Under the pieces are notes generated by a model. It had not been told where the DNA came from. It did not search any database and saw only the letters and a program-made list of their open reading frames with translations. DNA of 63,546 bases, the filler included, from Reticulomyxa filosa (taxonomy: Eukaryota; Protista; Foraminifera), in the NCBI GenBank assembly GCA_000512085.1. It is 19 parts of 19 records of this genome, joined end to end, with 100 filler letters (N's around TTAATTAATTAA, not from the genome) between each part and the next. Parts side by side here need not be neighbours in the genome. Positions count along the whole stretch, not along the records: positions 10,637 to 14,059 come from ASPP01012338.1; positions 14,160 to 17,053 come from ASPP01021501.1; positions 17,154 to 22,029 come from ASPP01023557.1; positions 22,130 to 24,524 come from ASPP01003716.1; positions 24,625 to 26,771 come from ASPP01021169.1; 14 more parts are not named here. One strand, 5' to 3'. The position numbers were made by a program, and so were the translations under genes. Shown one piece after another: positions 12,869 to 25,915 of this stretch; position 1 is the stretch's first letter, and every line of letters starts with the position of its first letter.

Positions 12869-13766
12869 TAATAACAGTACTTATATTATCCCATTTCAAT
12901 TAAAAGTCAAACTCTATTATAGCAATCGCTTACGCTATCAATTGCTACCTGAAAGTAATGTTCATCTACATAACACTTCTCATGCACACGCACATGCACA
13001 TCTCTTGGATGCAATCGACAAGGCTCCATACTTTTCTTCTTCTCACTCCATCTATTTGAAATGCAAAATCCATGGATTTCAGGTGCATTACGCTCCGCAC
13101 GTCTTTGACAAGTATAAACAACACAGACTGTACGAAACGCTCGAGCAAGACTTGTTTGTCATCTGCCAACACGTGCGTGCCGTCAGCGAGTCCATTCTGA
13201 ACCTCGTTTTGAAGAAAGTGCACCTGTATGTCAACGATGAGTGTTTCTATGGCTACAAAGACATTGCCCTGATCAAAGGCGAAGGACTCACATTCCACTA
13301 CGATATCAATTACCTGAAAATCAACAACATCCCATTGCAAAAGTGCTATGCCATTGAAATCCGCAGGGCCTTGGACTACTTAGAATGGAGGGTCACACAA
13401 CCCTTGATTTTGCTTCACGAGTTTGTCCATGCATATCATCACTTCATCGGCAAAAACCGAAAAGACATCAAAAAGTGTTTCGACAACGCCATGGCCTTGC
13501 ATTTGTATGATTACGTGCAGCGCATTGTGTCTTACGATAAAGTCACTCAAGCCAAAAAATATGAGTGGTGTCGCCATTATGCCTGCAGCAACGAGTATGA
13601 GTATTTTGCAGAAATCAGTGAAGCCTACGTTGGAAATAACTGTAATTACTTTCCCTTCACTGCTGCACAACTGAAAAAACATGACAAAAAAGGGTACCAA
13701 TTGTGTCATAAACTGTGGCACTTTGATGAGGCTCAGACACAGTCTGCTCATTTAACATCAAAATAA
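11853..13766 (+). CDS. Zn metallopeptidase (HEXXH, anthrax-LF/ATLF-like) with a VHL beta-domain and an F-box-like motif
   Basis: Intact intronless 637-aa ORF. Peptidase motifs ILLHEFVHAYHH (13416-13430), YACSNEYEYFAEISEAY and FPFTAAQLKKHDKKGY. VHL-like segment LVIQNESDDIIYIKWINYDGE...CYVSHSFAF. F-box-like segment NVPFEIISQHICSFW. Confidence 0.8.
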
Positions 13767-15198
13767 ACTAGAAGAGGGGGAGGGGATGCAAAAAAAAAAA
13801 AAGTGATAACACAAAGACGGGTTCTTTCTTTCTTTGCTTTGTTTTTTTTTTTAAATGCTTTGCTTTTTCTGTTCATTTTCTTGAATTACAAAATGGAAAA
13901 TGGAAGAAAAAAAAAACTCTTTCTCAAAAAAAACAAAAACAAAAAAATTCTGAGAACAAGAGAAAGGAAAGAGAGAAAAAATAAAACAAAACAAATCCAA
14001 ACAACAAATCAAACCTTCGTAACACTCAAGTTCAAAAATGCAAAAAAAAAAAAAAAAAANNNNNNNNNNNNNNNNNNNNNNNNNNNNNNNNNNNNNNNNN
14101 NNNTTAATTAATTAANNNNNNNNNNNNNNNNNNNNNNNNNNNNNNNNNNNNNNNNNNNNATCAAAATTTTATAATGCAATTACAAAATAAGATACAAAAA
14201 TAAGTGATATTTGTGAAAGTTGCAATGAAAGGGTTTTAACAGTTTTCAAAAAAACCAGACTTTGCAATTACAATGGACGACGATAATGTCTTCACATCCA
14301 CCGTTGCTGTCTTTGTATGTACTCTTGATCAATCGCTTGTGTCATGGCTGTGTAATATCTTTAATCAAACCATTGAGATTTCATTTGCTCAGATCATTAA
14401 TGTCAACAAAGTTGTATCGTTCCAATTGTCGAGTCTCTCGTCTTGCGTCCATTTGAATATTGCTTTCTCGGTCAAGTCTCGACAGGTTGGCTTTCATAGA
14501 TTTGTATTTGAGTAATAATCACACCTTTTTAGAAAGCGTCCAAGTCCATGGCAAGGGACTCTGCGTCTTTACCCAGTTCATTGAACACAAGCAATGAAAA
14601 GTATATATCAGTGTATGATCTTCTGCAAAGTATAAACGTGTTTCGGATTGATGATACGAATATCTGGTAAAAGACAAGCAATTGGACACACTCTTTCGGA
14701 AAGTGGTTTAATTTCTTGCTAGTATCAAGTTTGTGTGATTATACAAAAGAGGGACAACAGTTCAAACGGCTCATTTATTGTATGAATGCAATTTAATAAA
14801 TACATGAAACAGGCGTTGGTGAAACGTATGAGTGAAAAAAGGCCGTTGGTGTTGGAGATTCAATTTGCATTGGAAAACTGAGAAAATATTCCAATGCGTT
14901 TGGAGTCGATTGCAGTAATTCCCGTCCAATGGCATGCTTTTGCGTACGTATCAAATCTCACCAAAAGTGGACAATATTACTGGAAACAAGCCTGTGATGC
15001 CACCAAAGCTCATTGATCAATTACAGAGTTATCAAATGAGTTACTTGTGTTTGCACAGACCAAATACTGTTCATATCTCCGACTCTAAAAATTCTTCAAC
15101 TCTTGGTTTGCTCTATTTTCTTTTTTTAAATTTTTTGGAGTTATTTGCATTGGCAATATATAATAATTGGATACATTCAATACCCAAGTATACTTTGA

Positions 15199-16934
15199 TC
15201 ACGTCATAGTCGATGCGACTGGTTTGTAGGTCTCATTCGTAAACCCAACATATACCGCTTCCGAAATGTGTACGTGCGCTACGGGATAACCAAAGAACAT
15301 AGTATTGCGAATGGCCATTCTGACCATTGCATCCCATGTGAGGAACTTATATCTTGTGCAACAATCGCCAATGGCGTATACATTGATATTGGAAGTTTGC
15401 AAATAGTCATTTACTTCAATTCTTCTATAAACATCGAATTTAACACCAGCCTTTTTTAATAACATATTTTCAACATTGGGCTTTCTCCCGTCGCGATCAG
15501 CACTTCGTCGATGATTAGTTCTTCCACTTTTTTTTCTTTCGCACGTTCAACGACAATTTTAATGCCAACCGCCTTTCCTTTGATCGGATCGATGTATACG
15601 ACATCCCAAGCATAAAATGGACACCACACGATTCTGTCGATTCACTTACCACTTGAGCAGATTCGTAATCCTTTTTTCCCAGTATTCAGTCTATTCGATT
15701 CAGAACAATCACGTGCGAACCAAACAGCGCAAACGCTTGGACGATTTCGCAGTCAATCAGCCCGGATCCGATCACTGCTATTTTGGCCGGCAACTCCATC
15801 AAATTCCACAACGAATAATTGGTCAAGTATTCTATGGTGTCCGCTCCTGTGATGGGCGGAACCGACTGCTGTCCCCCTGTTGCAATCAATACACGTGCAA
15901 ACTCCAATACATTATATCTTATTTTTTGATATGAATTTTCCACGTGAAGGTTCGCAAGCATCGTGATAATAGATCTATGCTATATTCACATTTCATTCCA
16001 ATCAATGTCCCTTTTATTCAAAAGTGTTCAATTCTTTTGTGTGTATACAATATATGTACATATATATTTGTAAAATGCTTAGAGCGTATAAATTATTATT
16101 TATAGCTTTTCGCATTCTTTCTATCACCTTCTGGAAGTCGACAGTAATTTTTGCTTCGATTTTTAACCCAAATTCTTCCGTAGTTTAATGCCGTACAACG
16201 CGACCTTGAAGCGTTCAACAATGCCTTGCTGGGTACACAGCCACTGTTCAGGCAGTCCCCACCGAAAAAATTCTCTTCAATGATCGCCGCTTTGGCTTCT
16301 AAACACGCAATCACTAGGCCACCTGCACCTAATCAATTTTTTTTTTTAAAAATACATATACAAAAATGTTTATTTTTTCAATTAAAAAAAAACCTTATTA
16401 AAATACCAATGTTGTATTTGCCCTTTGTCCTAAGGAAAATCCATTTGACGGGATGGACATTGTCTAACAACTCTTGATTGTACTTGTCGATAGGCCAAAT
16501 GCCAAACTTGTCGTTTTCGGTAAGTTTGGCATTTCTAACTTCCAACGACAAGTCTTTGATTTTGGCTTGCAAGTCGATTCGTTGCTAGGTTTGAAACAGC
16601 TCGGGAGCCAAGTCCCCAGCTCCAGTATTGTGAGGTCTCCTCGTTTTTCTCTTTTTCACCGTGGCTGACTTCATCCATTACAAAACGATAGTACAAGTTG
16701 TGATCTTTTGTCACGTGGCGAAAGACGTTCGCTGCAAGCATCAAATTCCCAAGTTCCACTGCTTGCTCGTGCGTCTTTGCTACACCTGAGCTCATAGGCA
16801 AAACAGATTTTGTATGTTGTTAGGTACCATTTACGATCTTTTATTTCCAGCTGTTCGCGAAGTAGTTTTGTGAATGTTTCCAATTGATTTTCTTCTTCCA
16901 CACCATTTTGCGCCTTTAATTCCTCTTTGGACAT
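15199..16934 (-). pseudogene. DEP domain fused to a mercuric-reductase-like pyridine nucleotide-disulfide oxidoreductase, disrupted
   Basis: DEP part: IKDRKWYLTTYKICF...AVELGNLML...FRHVTKDH..YYRF. Oxidoreductase part: [69 protein letters not shown] and VNDYLQTSN.NVYAIGD. Multiple frameshifts and deletions. Confidence 0.8.
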
Positions 16935-17153
16935 TTTTTTTTGTTTTATTGAATGATTATGTGTGCTTGCAAGGGAATATATAAGTTGAAGTTGTTAAAA
17001 AAAAATAGAAAAAAAATATCTTGATAACATGTGCTTAACAAAAAAAAAGTGACNNNNNNNNNNNNNNNNNNNNNNNNNNNNNNNNNNNNNNNNNNNNTTA
17101 ATTAATTAANNNNNNNNNNNNNNNNNNNNNNNNNNNNNNNNNNNNNNNNNNNN

Positions 17154-18178
17154 AAAAAAAAAAAAAAAAAAAAGCGGTGTTCGCATTGTTTAATGAAGGG
17201 AAAAAAAAAAAAAAAAAAAAAATTAACGCGATTGTGAAAGCCCACTTTACAAATGCATTCATCGATTTGTTTAATGTCTTTCACAGAGCAAATAGCCTCG
17301 ACCGTGAGTCCGTTGAACTTTGTCTTCAATTTTGCCATTGCTTGTGCCGTCACGGGGTCTCTCGTTTGAGACGACAACAGCAATGCTACCAACAGATGAA
17401 AGCGCTGGGTTTTCTTATCGGCCGATTGGTCTGCGAGATACGCACAACCAACTCTGTCAACATCTGCGTTATATGCAATCCCGTTCACTTCACTTCGCAT
17501 TCGATAAATCCCTTCGTACATTTCATCCCATTTCGGGGGAATGTGCTGTTCCTTCGCTTTTGCTTTCACCGAGTCGATTATTGTCTGAGTCAGCGGAACA
17601 AAATCGCAATCTCTGACAAACAAAAATCATACATATATGTATACGTATATATAATTTTTTTTTTTTTTTTTAAATTCGTCTGTTTGTTCATTTGTTTATT
17701 TATTGTTACTGTGTTCAAAAGTTCGTTCATTCCAATGCTGAGAAACTTTTTTGTGACTCACAAATACATATCTTACAAACGCTTCAGACAAAACTTTATG
17801 CAGTCTTCGATATCTGTCAGAGGCGTTGTTGTATCGTCCTTTTCAGATTCCATTTCTGCTTTGTCACTATTATTTCTAATTCTTCTTCGTCTTTTTCTTT
17901 TTTTTTTTTGGTTGCTGTTGCTGTTGCTATTGCTGTTGTGTTCGATTCATATACATTTCATCTCCAATCATCCCTCTCAACTTTGGCGGCTCAAGCCATT
18001 GCTTTTCCTCCACTTTTTGCGTGTCTTCTTCTTCTTCTTTAATATCTGCTCTGAGATTACGTTTTTTTGGAAATGCTGCCTTTGGCTCGTTTTGCTGCAA
18101 ATTGGTTTGGTCCGGTGTAACTGTTGCTTTGGTGTCGTCTCTATCCGTTAACAAAGTTGTGGCTATCCGTCCATTCAT
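17154..18178 (-). CDS. NTH1: Endonuclease III-like DNA glycosylase/AP lyase (3' partial)
   Basis: PPKW.E.Y.GI..MR, A.VD.VGC, RFHLLVALLLSSQTRD.VT..AM..L, GLT.E.I, I.KVGFHNR. The long low-complexity N-terminal exon structure is uncertain. Confidence 0.9.
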
Positions 18179-18586
18179 TAAAATTCGTGAACATGTGGAC
18201 TTAACAACAGCTTGTATTTATCCAAATCATCCAAAATATTCATTCTATATGCTAATTATATAAAAAAAAACCACAGAAACCTGTCAAACTTCTTTTTTGA
18301 TTTTTTCGCTCCATTCTTGTTTCAATTTGATAATAATAAAAAAAAAGTGTAACCAAATTGGAATAACGCTCGTTTTAACTCCTGAAACTGATTGTTTAAA
18401 ATTGCATATTTTTCCCAAGCGCGTTTTTTGTACGAGCCCCTTGGATAGTTGAGCATGTTTGGCCACAAATCTTTGAAAATCGTAGTAAAAGTTTTGTATC
18501 TGTCATTGTTTCTTGTGAAATACCTACTTTAGTGTTTTGGAACAATATCACATTGAAAGTGCAGAAACATTTTACCTTATCCGGTC

Positions 18587-20572
18587 GTGGTTTTCCGCAG
18601 ATTTTCGAACAAGAGTAGTCCGTGGAAAGAGTATATCTCCAGCGTTTCAAAAAATGACGCGGTTCACAGGTTTTTCCGCAATAAGGCTTACGTGAATGGA
18701 AAAGTTAAGAGACCTCTATCAAGACAGGTGTCACTTACTAGTGCAAATGGAAAAGAGGGGGGCGTATATCCTTACAAAAATGAGAACAGTGGACGGAAGC
18801 AGAAGACAAAGCAGTATTTGAAGTTGTGGATCCGACCAGCCGCGAGGTGATCACTACAGTGCCGGATTTAGGTAAATCGGAATGTCAAGAGGCCATTGAG
18901 TATGCCTATGAAGCAATGAAGTCTTGGCAAAGTTTGACTGCCGGGCAGCGATAGTAGGTAGAAGTACCAAAAAAAAAAAAAAAAAGGGAGGAGAGCACAA
19001 GGAACAAAAAAAAAAAAAAAAGGGGAAAAACGGGGGGGGATATTGAACAGACGTATTATACAAGATGTATGAACTGTTGCGTGCAAATGCGGAACCGTTG
19101 TCACGTATACTGACAGTTGAATGTGGCAAGCCTTTGAGCGAGGCCGTAGGCGAGATTAACTACTCGGCGTCGTACTTTAAATGGTTCGCCGAAGAAGGGA
19201 GACGTACGTATGGTGATGTGATTCCACCACCAATATCGCATCGTCGCGTGTTGGTGTTGAAAAGTCCGATTGGCGTGTGTGGGATTATAACGCCTTGGAA
19301 TTTTCCAATGGCCATGATCGCGCGCAAAGTAGCACCGGCGTTAGTGACGGGCTGTTCTATGGTCATCAAACCAGCACACGCAACGCCTTTGAGCGCATTG
19401 GCATTGGCGCAAATCGCCGAGGAAGCGGGCGTGCCACAAGGTGTACTCAACGTGGTGACCACCTTGAAATATGTGAAAGACGTTGGCAATGAATTGTGCG
19501 AAAATAAGATGATCCGCAAACTGTCGTTCACCGGGAGCACCAACATGGGCATGCACTTGTCGAAGCTGTGTGCATCCACGCTCAAACGCATGTCTTTGGA
19601 ATTGGGCGGAAATGCCCCGTTCATTGTCTTTGACGACGCCGATGTTGACTCCGCTGTGGAAGGGGCCATGGTCTCCAAGTTTAGGAACAGTGGTCAGACT
19701 TGTGTTTGTGCCAATCGCTTTTATATTCACAGGAAAGTTTACGATGAGTTCCTGTCCAAATTTACTGGTTTGTTATATACATATACATATACACATATAT
19801 GTATATATACATTTATATATAATGTGTATATGTATGTCTTTCTTTTTGTGTTTTCTATCACGCAATGCTACAAACATTTTTTGCACGTGAGACACGACCC
19901 ACATTCCTAAATGAAAATCAATGTTTGTACAGACAAGGTAAAGAAACTGAAAATTGGACACGGATTTCATAAAGGCGTCCATATTGGCCCTTTAATCACT
20001 GACGATGCGCTGTCGAAGGTCGAAGCACATGTGAAAGATGCTGTTCAACAAGTTATCTTTTCATTTGTTCATTTGATTTCTTCTTCCTCTTCCTCACTCG
20101 TCTTTTCTCTTCTTTTTTTATTTATCCTCTTCTCGTGCTCATTAAACATAATGTAAAGGGCGCTGAAGTAGTGACCGGGGGCAAACGAGCGAACGTTGAA
20201 GGGTTCGAAAAAGGCGCCTTTTATCAACCCACTATTTTGACAAAGACGTCTTCCTTTTGTTTGCTCTCCAAAGAGGAAACCTTTGGCCCTGTTGCTCCAA
20301 TATTTCAATTTGATAATGATGAGGAGGTTCTACAATTAGCTAACGACACTGATGCTGGCCTCGCCTCCTACTTTTATACCAAAAATGCTAAAAGACTCTT
20401 CAATGTTGCAGAAAAGTTAGAATATGGAATGGTTGGAATCAACACCGGCTTGATATCAAGCGAAGTTGCCCCTTTTGGAGGGGTCAAGTATTCTGGAACA
20501 GGAAGGGAAGGATCAAAGTATGGAATTGATGACTACTTGGATATCAAGTATGTTGCAATTGACAATATATAG
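18587..20572 (+). CDS. ALDH5A1: Succinate-semialdehyde dehydrogenase (ALDH5/GabD type), multi-exon; exact start uncertain
   Basis: AYVNGK|W, ECGKPL.EA.GEI, ITPWNFP, SFTGST, SLELGGNAPFIVFDDAD, KFRNSGQTCVCANR, EETFGP, PFGGVKYSG.GREGSKYGIDDY. Confidence 0.93.
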
Positions 20573-21555
20573 CAGATCAACAATATTAGAAAATTGAAAT
20601 CAGTTTTTACACATTTATAAAGAAAAGCATTTTAAATTTTGTTTTGCAAAAAATGACACTATTTCAATTCCATTTAAATAAAATTTATTTTGATTGCTCT
20701 TGGTCTTTATTCTTTTCTTCTATGCTGTGCCATTTAGAATATCCATTTTAACTTAGGATTTATTTTCCCTTCTAAAAAAAACATTCCGTTTCAAATATCT
20801 GCCGCACGTTCATTTTTAAACTCCTTTTTGCTAAATAACTGTCCGGGTTTCAATGCTTTCCAAATTTTTCTTTATCATTCCTGAAAGTTTTCTCGGTGCC
20901 GATTATGGCTTTGCTTGTAAAATGTACTTGAACTGTATCAAATACGAAGTGGGCAATTTTCCTGCTTGAATCATGGTAATTATTATAGATCTACTTAATG
21001 TCGTAATTCAAGTAACAGCTATAACTTAGTTGTTTAAGAATCAGCTGCTAGACCGGATATTTAGATATCATCTTGACTCGAAATGGGCAGCATTTTTGAA
21101 ATAGTTACTGTCAGTAACAACACTGCTACTTTCGATCCCAGTTGGATTCAAAAATACTAAAATTATTTTTATTCACAATTTTGTGATGCATATCGATGCC
21201 TTGATAAACTTAAAAATGTAATTGTAGCTGATTTTAGAAACAAGGCAAATCTAAATTTAATCTGTCTTGACTCAAGTTTTGGCACGCGTGCTTTGTACAT
21301 ATATGCATGCAAGCAGTATTTTGTTTAATTATTCATATCAGAGTTGATACATTTTTTTATTTATTAGTCAATCCACAAATATGTACTTTACTGTACAAAC
21401 TTAATATCTGACATAATATAAAACCATGAATTTTTTTTTACTTGCTCTTATTTACGAGAGATGGAAACGCACAACAAAATCCTCACAAACAACCGTCAAG
21501 CCACTCCCAAAGAGTTTTCTTAAGTGCATGGTAGACCCGTTCTTAACAAATTACA

Positions 21556-21957
21556 ATGTTTAATTCGGGCAATATTAACCCAGAAACGGATACTTTTGCA
21601 GCTCCCAGTGCAGTTTTAGTGCGTAATCCATTACGTTCTAATTCATATATACAATTGAACTCGAGTCCAAACTGCAATCCGAGCACAGCGTGTGTGATCG
21701 CACCCAATGGGAACCTGGTCTCTTCTCGAGCACAGCCCACGACGACGATAATGAGTGGGAATCACTCATTGATGACATCTCCGAGTGGGAGTTATTTGTG
21801 CCTTCAAGAGGAGTCATCAGGAGCACCTCAAGCAATTACCGGATTGCAGACTGCTGAAGGTGTAAATGAGAAGAATCAAATAGCATTCCATTCCGACAAC
21901 CCCTTATCTCAAGATTTTCGTGTATACACGGAAGTTTACACAGGAGGTGGACATTGA
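21556..21957 (+). CDS. Hypothetical Ser/Asn/Pro-rich ORF
   Basis: 133-codon ORF with higher GC than its flanks. No recognisable domain. Confidence 0.35.
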   Translation: MFNSGNINPETDTFAAPSAVLVRNPLRSNSYIQLNSSPNCNPSTACVIAPNGNLVSSRAQPTTTIMSGNHSLMTSPSGSYLCLQEESSGAPQAITGLQTAEGVNEKNQIAFHSDNPLSQDFRVYTEVYTGGGH

Positions 21958-23157
21958 GAAAAAGTGTTTTATTTTTGGCTGCTTCTTTGCTTGCTTCCTC
22001 AATAATTTTTTTTTTTTTTTGTTTTGTTTNNNNNNNNNNNNNNNNNNNNNNNNNNNNNNNNNNNNNNNNNNNNTTAATTAATTAANNNNNNNNNNNNNNN
22101 NNNNNNNNNNNNNNNNNNNNNNNNNNNNNGTGCCATTATCTCTTAATTTCTGCCACAACTAGAAAATTTACAGGAAAACCTAAAAAAAAGGAAGCAAAAA
22201 GAAGAGTTTTTTTAAGGGACCTTCTACTTTTGGGACGCTCAGCTAGCCAAAACAGGAAAAAAAGCGATACATTTTACATTTTGACACACGAAAATAAGGA
22301 ATGTTTTAAGAAGCAGTCGAAATCAAAATAAATTGATAAAACATATTCCAAATTTGTGATAAAATGCGTTTATGAAACTCATTTTTCAATTTTGTTGATA
22401 CTTGAATAGGTTGTCAAATTATCCAATAAGGATAAAAAATTAGTATAAATAATTAAGATGTGTAAGAGCTCAAAAAAGCAATATTTTTAAGAATTTACAA
22501 TGAAATTAAATAAACCAAGAGAAAGAGGTGATACTTTGCTCGAAATAGTTTGACCTATTAAGGCCACTTATTTTGATAACGTGTAATTATCTGGTTTAGC
22601 AATTTTATTAGATCGCCCAAGGCTCCGTTCTTTTTTTTGTTTCACAAAAACTGAATTCAAGCTTTGTGCTGTCAAAAAAAAAGAACAAATTTTCAAAGAA
22701 GTGCAGAGAGATGCAAGAAAGAGAGCTCAGCTAAACTAAAACTTACAAGAAAATTGAGAATAAAAAGAATGAATGTTTTATGAGTTGAGTTATTACAACT
22801 CTGGAGCCAGTTACGACTCATGTATTACTACAGGAGAACGTGAGAAAAAAGTTAAATTAATTAACAAACAAAAAAAATTTGTTTTGGGGAGTTATATCCC
22901 ACTTCTTTTTAATTTTTTTATTTAACTTTTGTTGGGTTAGTAGGTAAAATTTATTCTACAATATCGTTTTAGTTTTTAATTTTTAAATGTTTTGGTTTCA
23001 ATTGTTCATATTTAATTTGTCAAAAAAATGTACTAATCCTTTGTTGCGTCGACACTACTCTTTTTTGTTTTTGTAACCGTTACAAAAAAGTTACCTTTTT
23101 TTTTTATATTTCAAGCATCAAATATCATATACTTAACTATTATTTTGAATTTTGAAG

Positions 23158-24470
23158 ATGTCGAAACTGTTTGAACCAACACTATGGCAAAAAGGTAATC
23201 AAACAAATGAATACTGAACAATAATAATAATTTTTTGAGTTGATTAAAAAAAAGGGGAAGCAACAATGCAGTTGGCCGAAGAAAAAGAGAGAACAAAAGA
23301 AAAAGAAGAAGCATTTGAATTGTACCAACAAGGGCTGCAATTTATGATAGAAGCATTGCGTTCAATTCCATTGTCATCATTGAAGCAAAAACGGCAGCAA
23401 ATTGTGAACGCATACCTGAATCATGCAGAAGTGTTGAAAAAAGTAGGTGTTTTTATTAACCGGAGCAGGAGAAGGGAAGGGAACAAGGGAGGGGGAGAGA
23501 AAAAAAAAAAAAAGATTGAAATTTGTGACAGGAACTTTATGGGGACAAAGCTCCACCATCAAAAAAAACAAACGAAAATCTGAATGGGAAAAGTAAAAGT
23601 AAGAAAATGATTGGAGTGAGTGGTGTTATGCCGAGCACATCGCTAAGGAACCGCAGCAAACCGAAAAGCAAAAATGATGAGAACGATAGCAAAACAAGCA
23701 GTTACGAAAGTGAGTTGCATCAACGAATTGAAAATGAAATCATTCACTCCGACTTGAACGTCAGATTTGAAGACATTGTGGGATTGGAAGATGTCAAACA
23801 AGCGCTGTTGGAAGCAGTTATCCTACCTGCACAAAGGCCAGATTTGTTTACAGGACCGAGAAAGCCTCCAAAGGGATTGTTGTTATTTGGACCCCCTGGA
23901 AATGGGAAAACTTTTATTGCAAAAGCATGTTTGTATTTATGTATTTTTGCCATATAAACAGATAAATAAATAAATATGTATTTGCATATATATATATACA
24001 TATATGTATATATTTATTCATTTGTTTATGTGGTGATATATACATATATACACATATATATATGTATATATATGTCAATTCCAATAAATCAACCGGTTTC
24101 ACAAATTCACAAAATCAATAATAACATAAAATTTTTTTTTTTTTTAAAAAAAAAATCACTTTCAAATAAACAATGGACGGAACGACTGAAAAGTGGCCAG
24201 CGAATGTGATGCCACGTTTTTCTGCATTAGCGCATCCTCTTTGACCAGTCGCTATGTTGGCGAGGGTGAAAAGTTGGTTCGCGCGTTGTTTGAAGTGGCT
24301 CGCAAGCATAGTCCAAGCATTATTTTTATTGACGAAATCGATTCACTGCTGACCGCTCGTGGAGGCGAAAACGAACAAGAGTCGTCTCGACGGATCAAGA
24401 CAGAGTTCCTTGTTCAAATGGACGGAGTGCAAGCTGGAGATAGCACGGACAAAGTTTTGCTTGTCGGGTT
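23158..24470 (+). CDS. SPAST: Spastin-like microtubule-severing AAA ATPase with MIT domain (3' partial)
   Basis: MIT-like [16 protein letters not shown]...YLNHAE. AAA motifs [20 protein letters not shown], Walker [30 protein letters not shown], Walker B IIFIDEID and [14 protein letters not shown]. Confidence 0.88.
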
Positions 24471-24624
24471 GAGTGACCTTTTCATTTTTTTTTTTTTTTT
24501 TTTTATTTCATTCTTTCATTAGTTNNNNNNNNNNNNNNNNNNNNNNNNNNNNNNNNNNNNNNNNNNNNTTAATTAATTAANNNNNNNNNNNNNNNNNNNN
24601 NNNNNNNNNNNNNNNNNNNNNNNN

Positions 24625-25915
24625 CTTCTTCTTCTTCTTCTTCTTCTTTGATATTACAAAGTAGTATTGTCCTTTGCAAACCGTTGCGACAACACTTGTA
24701 TCGATATATTTTCCTATTGCCACGCCAACGTGCACAAGACAATGCAGCCGCACGTGCAGACGCATGTAGCACAACATGCCGATGCTTCCGCCAAACATCG
24801 ACCTTTGTCAAGTCCATTCACGAAATCATTTGTTTCCCCAATTCAAAGCCGTGGGGTCAGCAAGTGCAAGCGAGCGCTTTAATTGAAATGTGGAAACAAG
24901 GTATTGTGGTGGACGACATTGAGACCCCTCCCCATTCAATGCACTTGCTCAATCCCAAGAGAAATCCCTTGTTGCAAATGAAGAGCTATGCCTTCATTCA
25001 ACAGGCCTTGCAGAATAGAAAAAGTCCAAATACAAATGGTCAATGCATTTGTATTTCGGAAGACATGTTATTGGAGGATATATTGATGCTGTGGAAATGG
25101 CTAATGGAACAGCTCTCCTCCGCCGTTAATTCCACTGCAAATGCAAATACAAATACAAATACAAATACAAATAACTCGCTGAAATACTCATTGCAAATGC
25201 TAAAAAGTCGATCAAAAATACAAAGGCTTGCCTTGACTTATCAATTGAAATATCGAAAAGAATTGAAACAACGAAAGACTCATTTTGCACACTCCAAACG
25301 ACGTCGTTCTCATAATGCAAATGAACACAACTCCGATGATATTTCTTTCCATTCTTTGGATATGCATTGTCGGTCTCTCATTCTTCATATTTACGAAATC
25401 GCTTTTATGTTTCTACATTTGCAATGTCAAATGGTTTGGTATCCTTCGTTTCTTACTCATTTCATTCATTTCAAGTATCAAAGTCATTATTCAGATCAAA
25501 GTCATTATTCAGATCAAAGTCATTATTCAGATCAAAGTCATTATTCAGATCAAAACATGATCAAGATGATAACAATAATAATAATAATAACAATAACAAT
25601 GACAATGACGAGAAAGAAAATCAATGCACAACCCTATTTCGACATATCCCCTCTCTGCTTTTGAAAGTAAAATGCTCCAAAAAACAAAACAAGAAAAAAC
25701 AGATTTGGACAACACAATGGCAGGAACTTCTTCACTGGAAAAAACAAGTCCAAGAGAGATTTGATCACAACAATATCGTGAAAGATCAGGTCAAATTACA
25801 ACTCCCTTATGTTTGGCTTGTTTTCGATTCAAAACTTTTTCATTGGATTTGCGACAACTTCTCATTAACTAAACAGTGGATAAAGGAGCTCGAATCTAAT
25901 CAAAATTCACAATAA
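24625..25915 (+). CDS. Hypothetical protein (5' partial), 1-nt frameshift
   Basis: ORF 24648-25664 joins the frame ending at 25915 if one A is added to the A4 run at 25552-25555. Confidence 0.55.
25477..25554 (+). repeat. Perfect 18-bp tandem repeat, about 4.3 copies
   Basis: ATCAAAGTCATTATTCAG at 25477, 25495, 25513 and 25531, plus a partial copy. Encodes (QSHYSD)4. Confidence 0.97.

Noticed and set aside
17177-18151. 324-aa plus-strand ORF, and similar Phe/Leu/Ile-rich ORFs elsewhere
   Set aside because: They are antisense to real genes or are translations of poly-T/(TAT)n tracts that mimic transmembrane segments.
25477-25554. 18-bp repeats as a CRISPR array
   Set aside because: The units are head-to-tail with no spacers, lie inside a eukaryotic ORF, and no cas genes are present.
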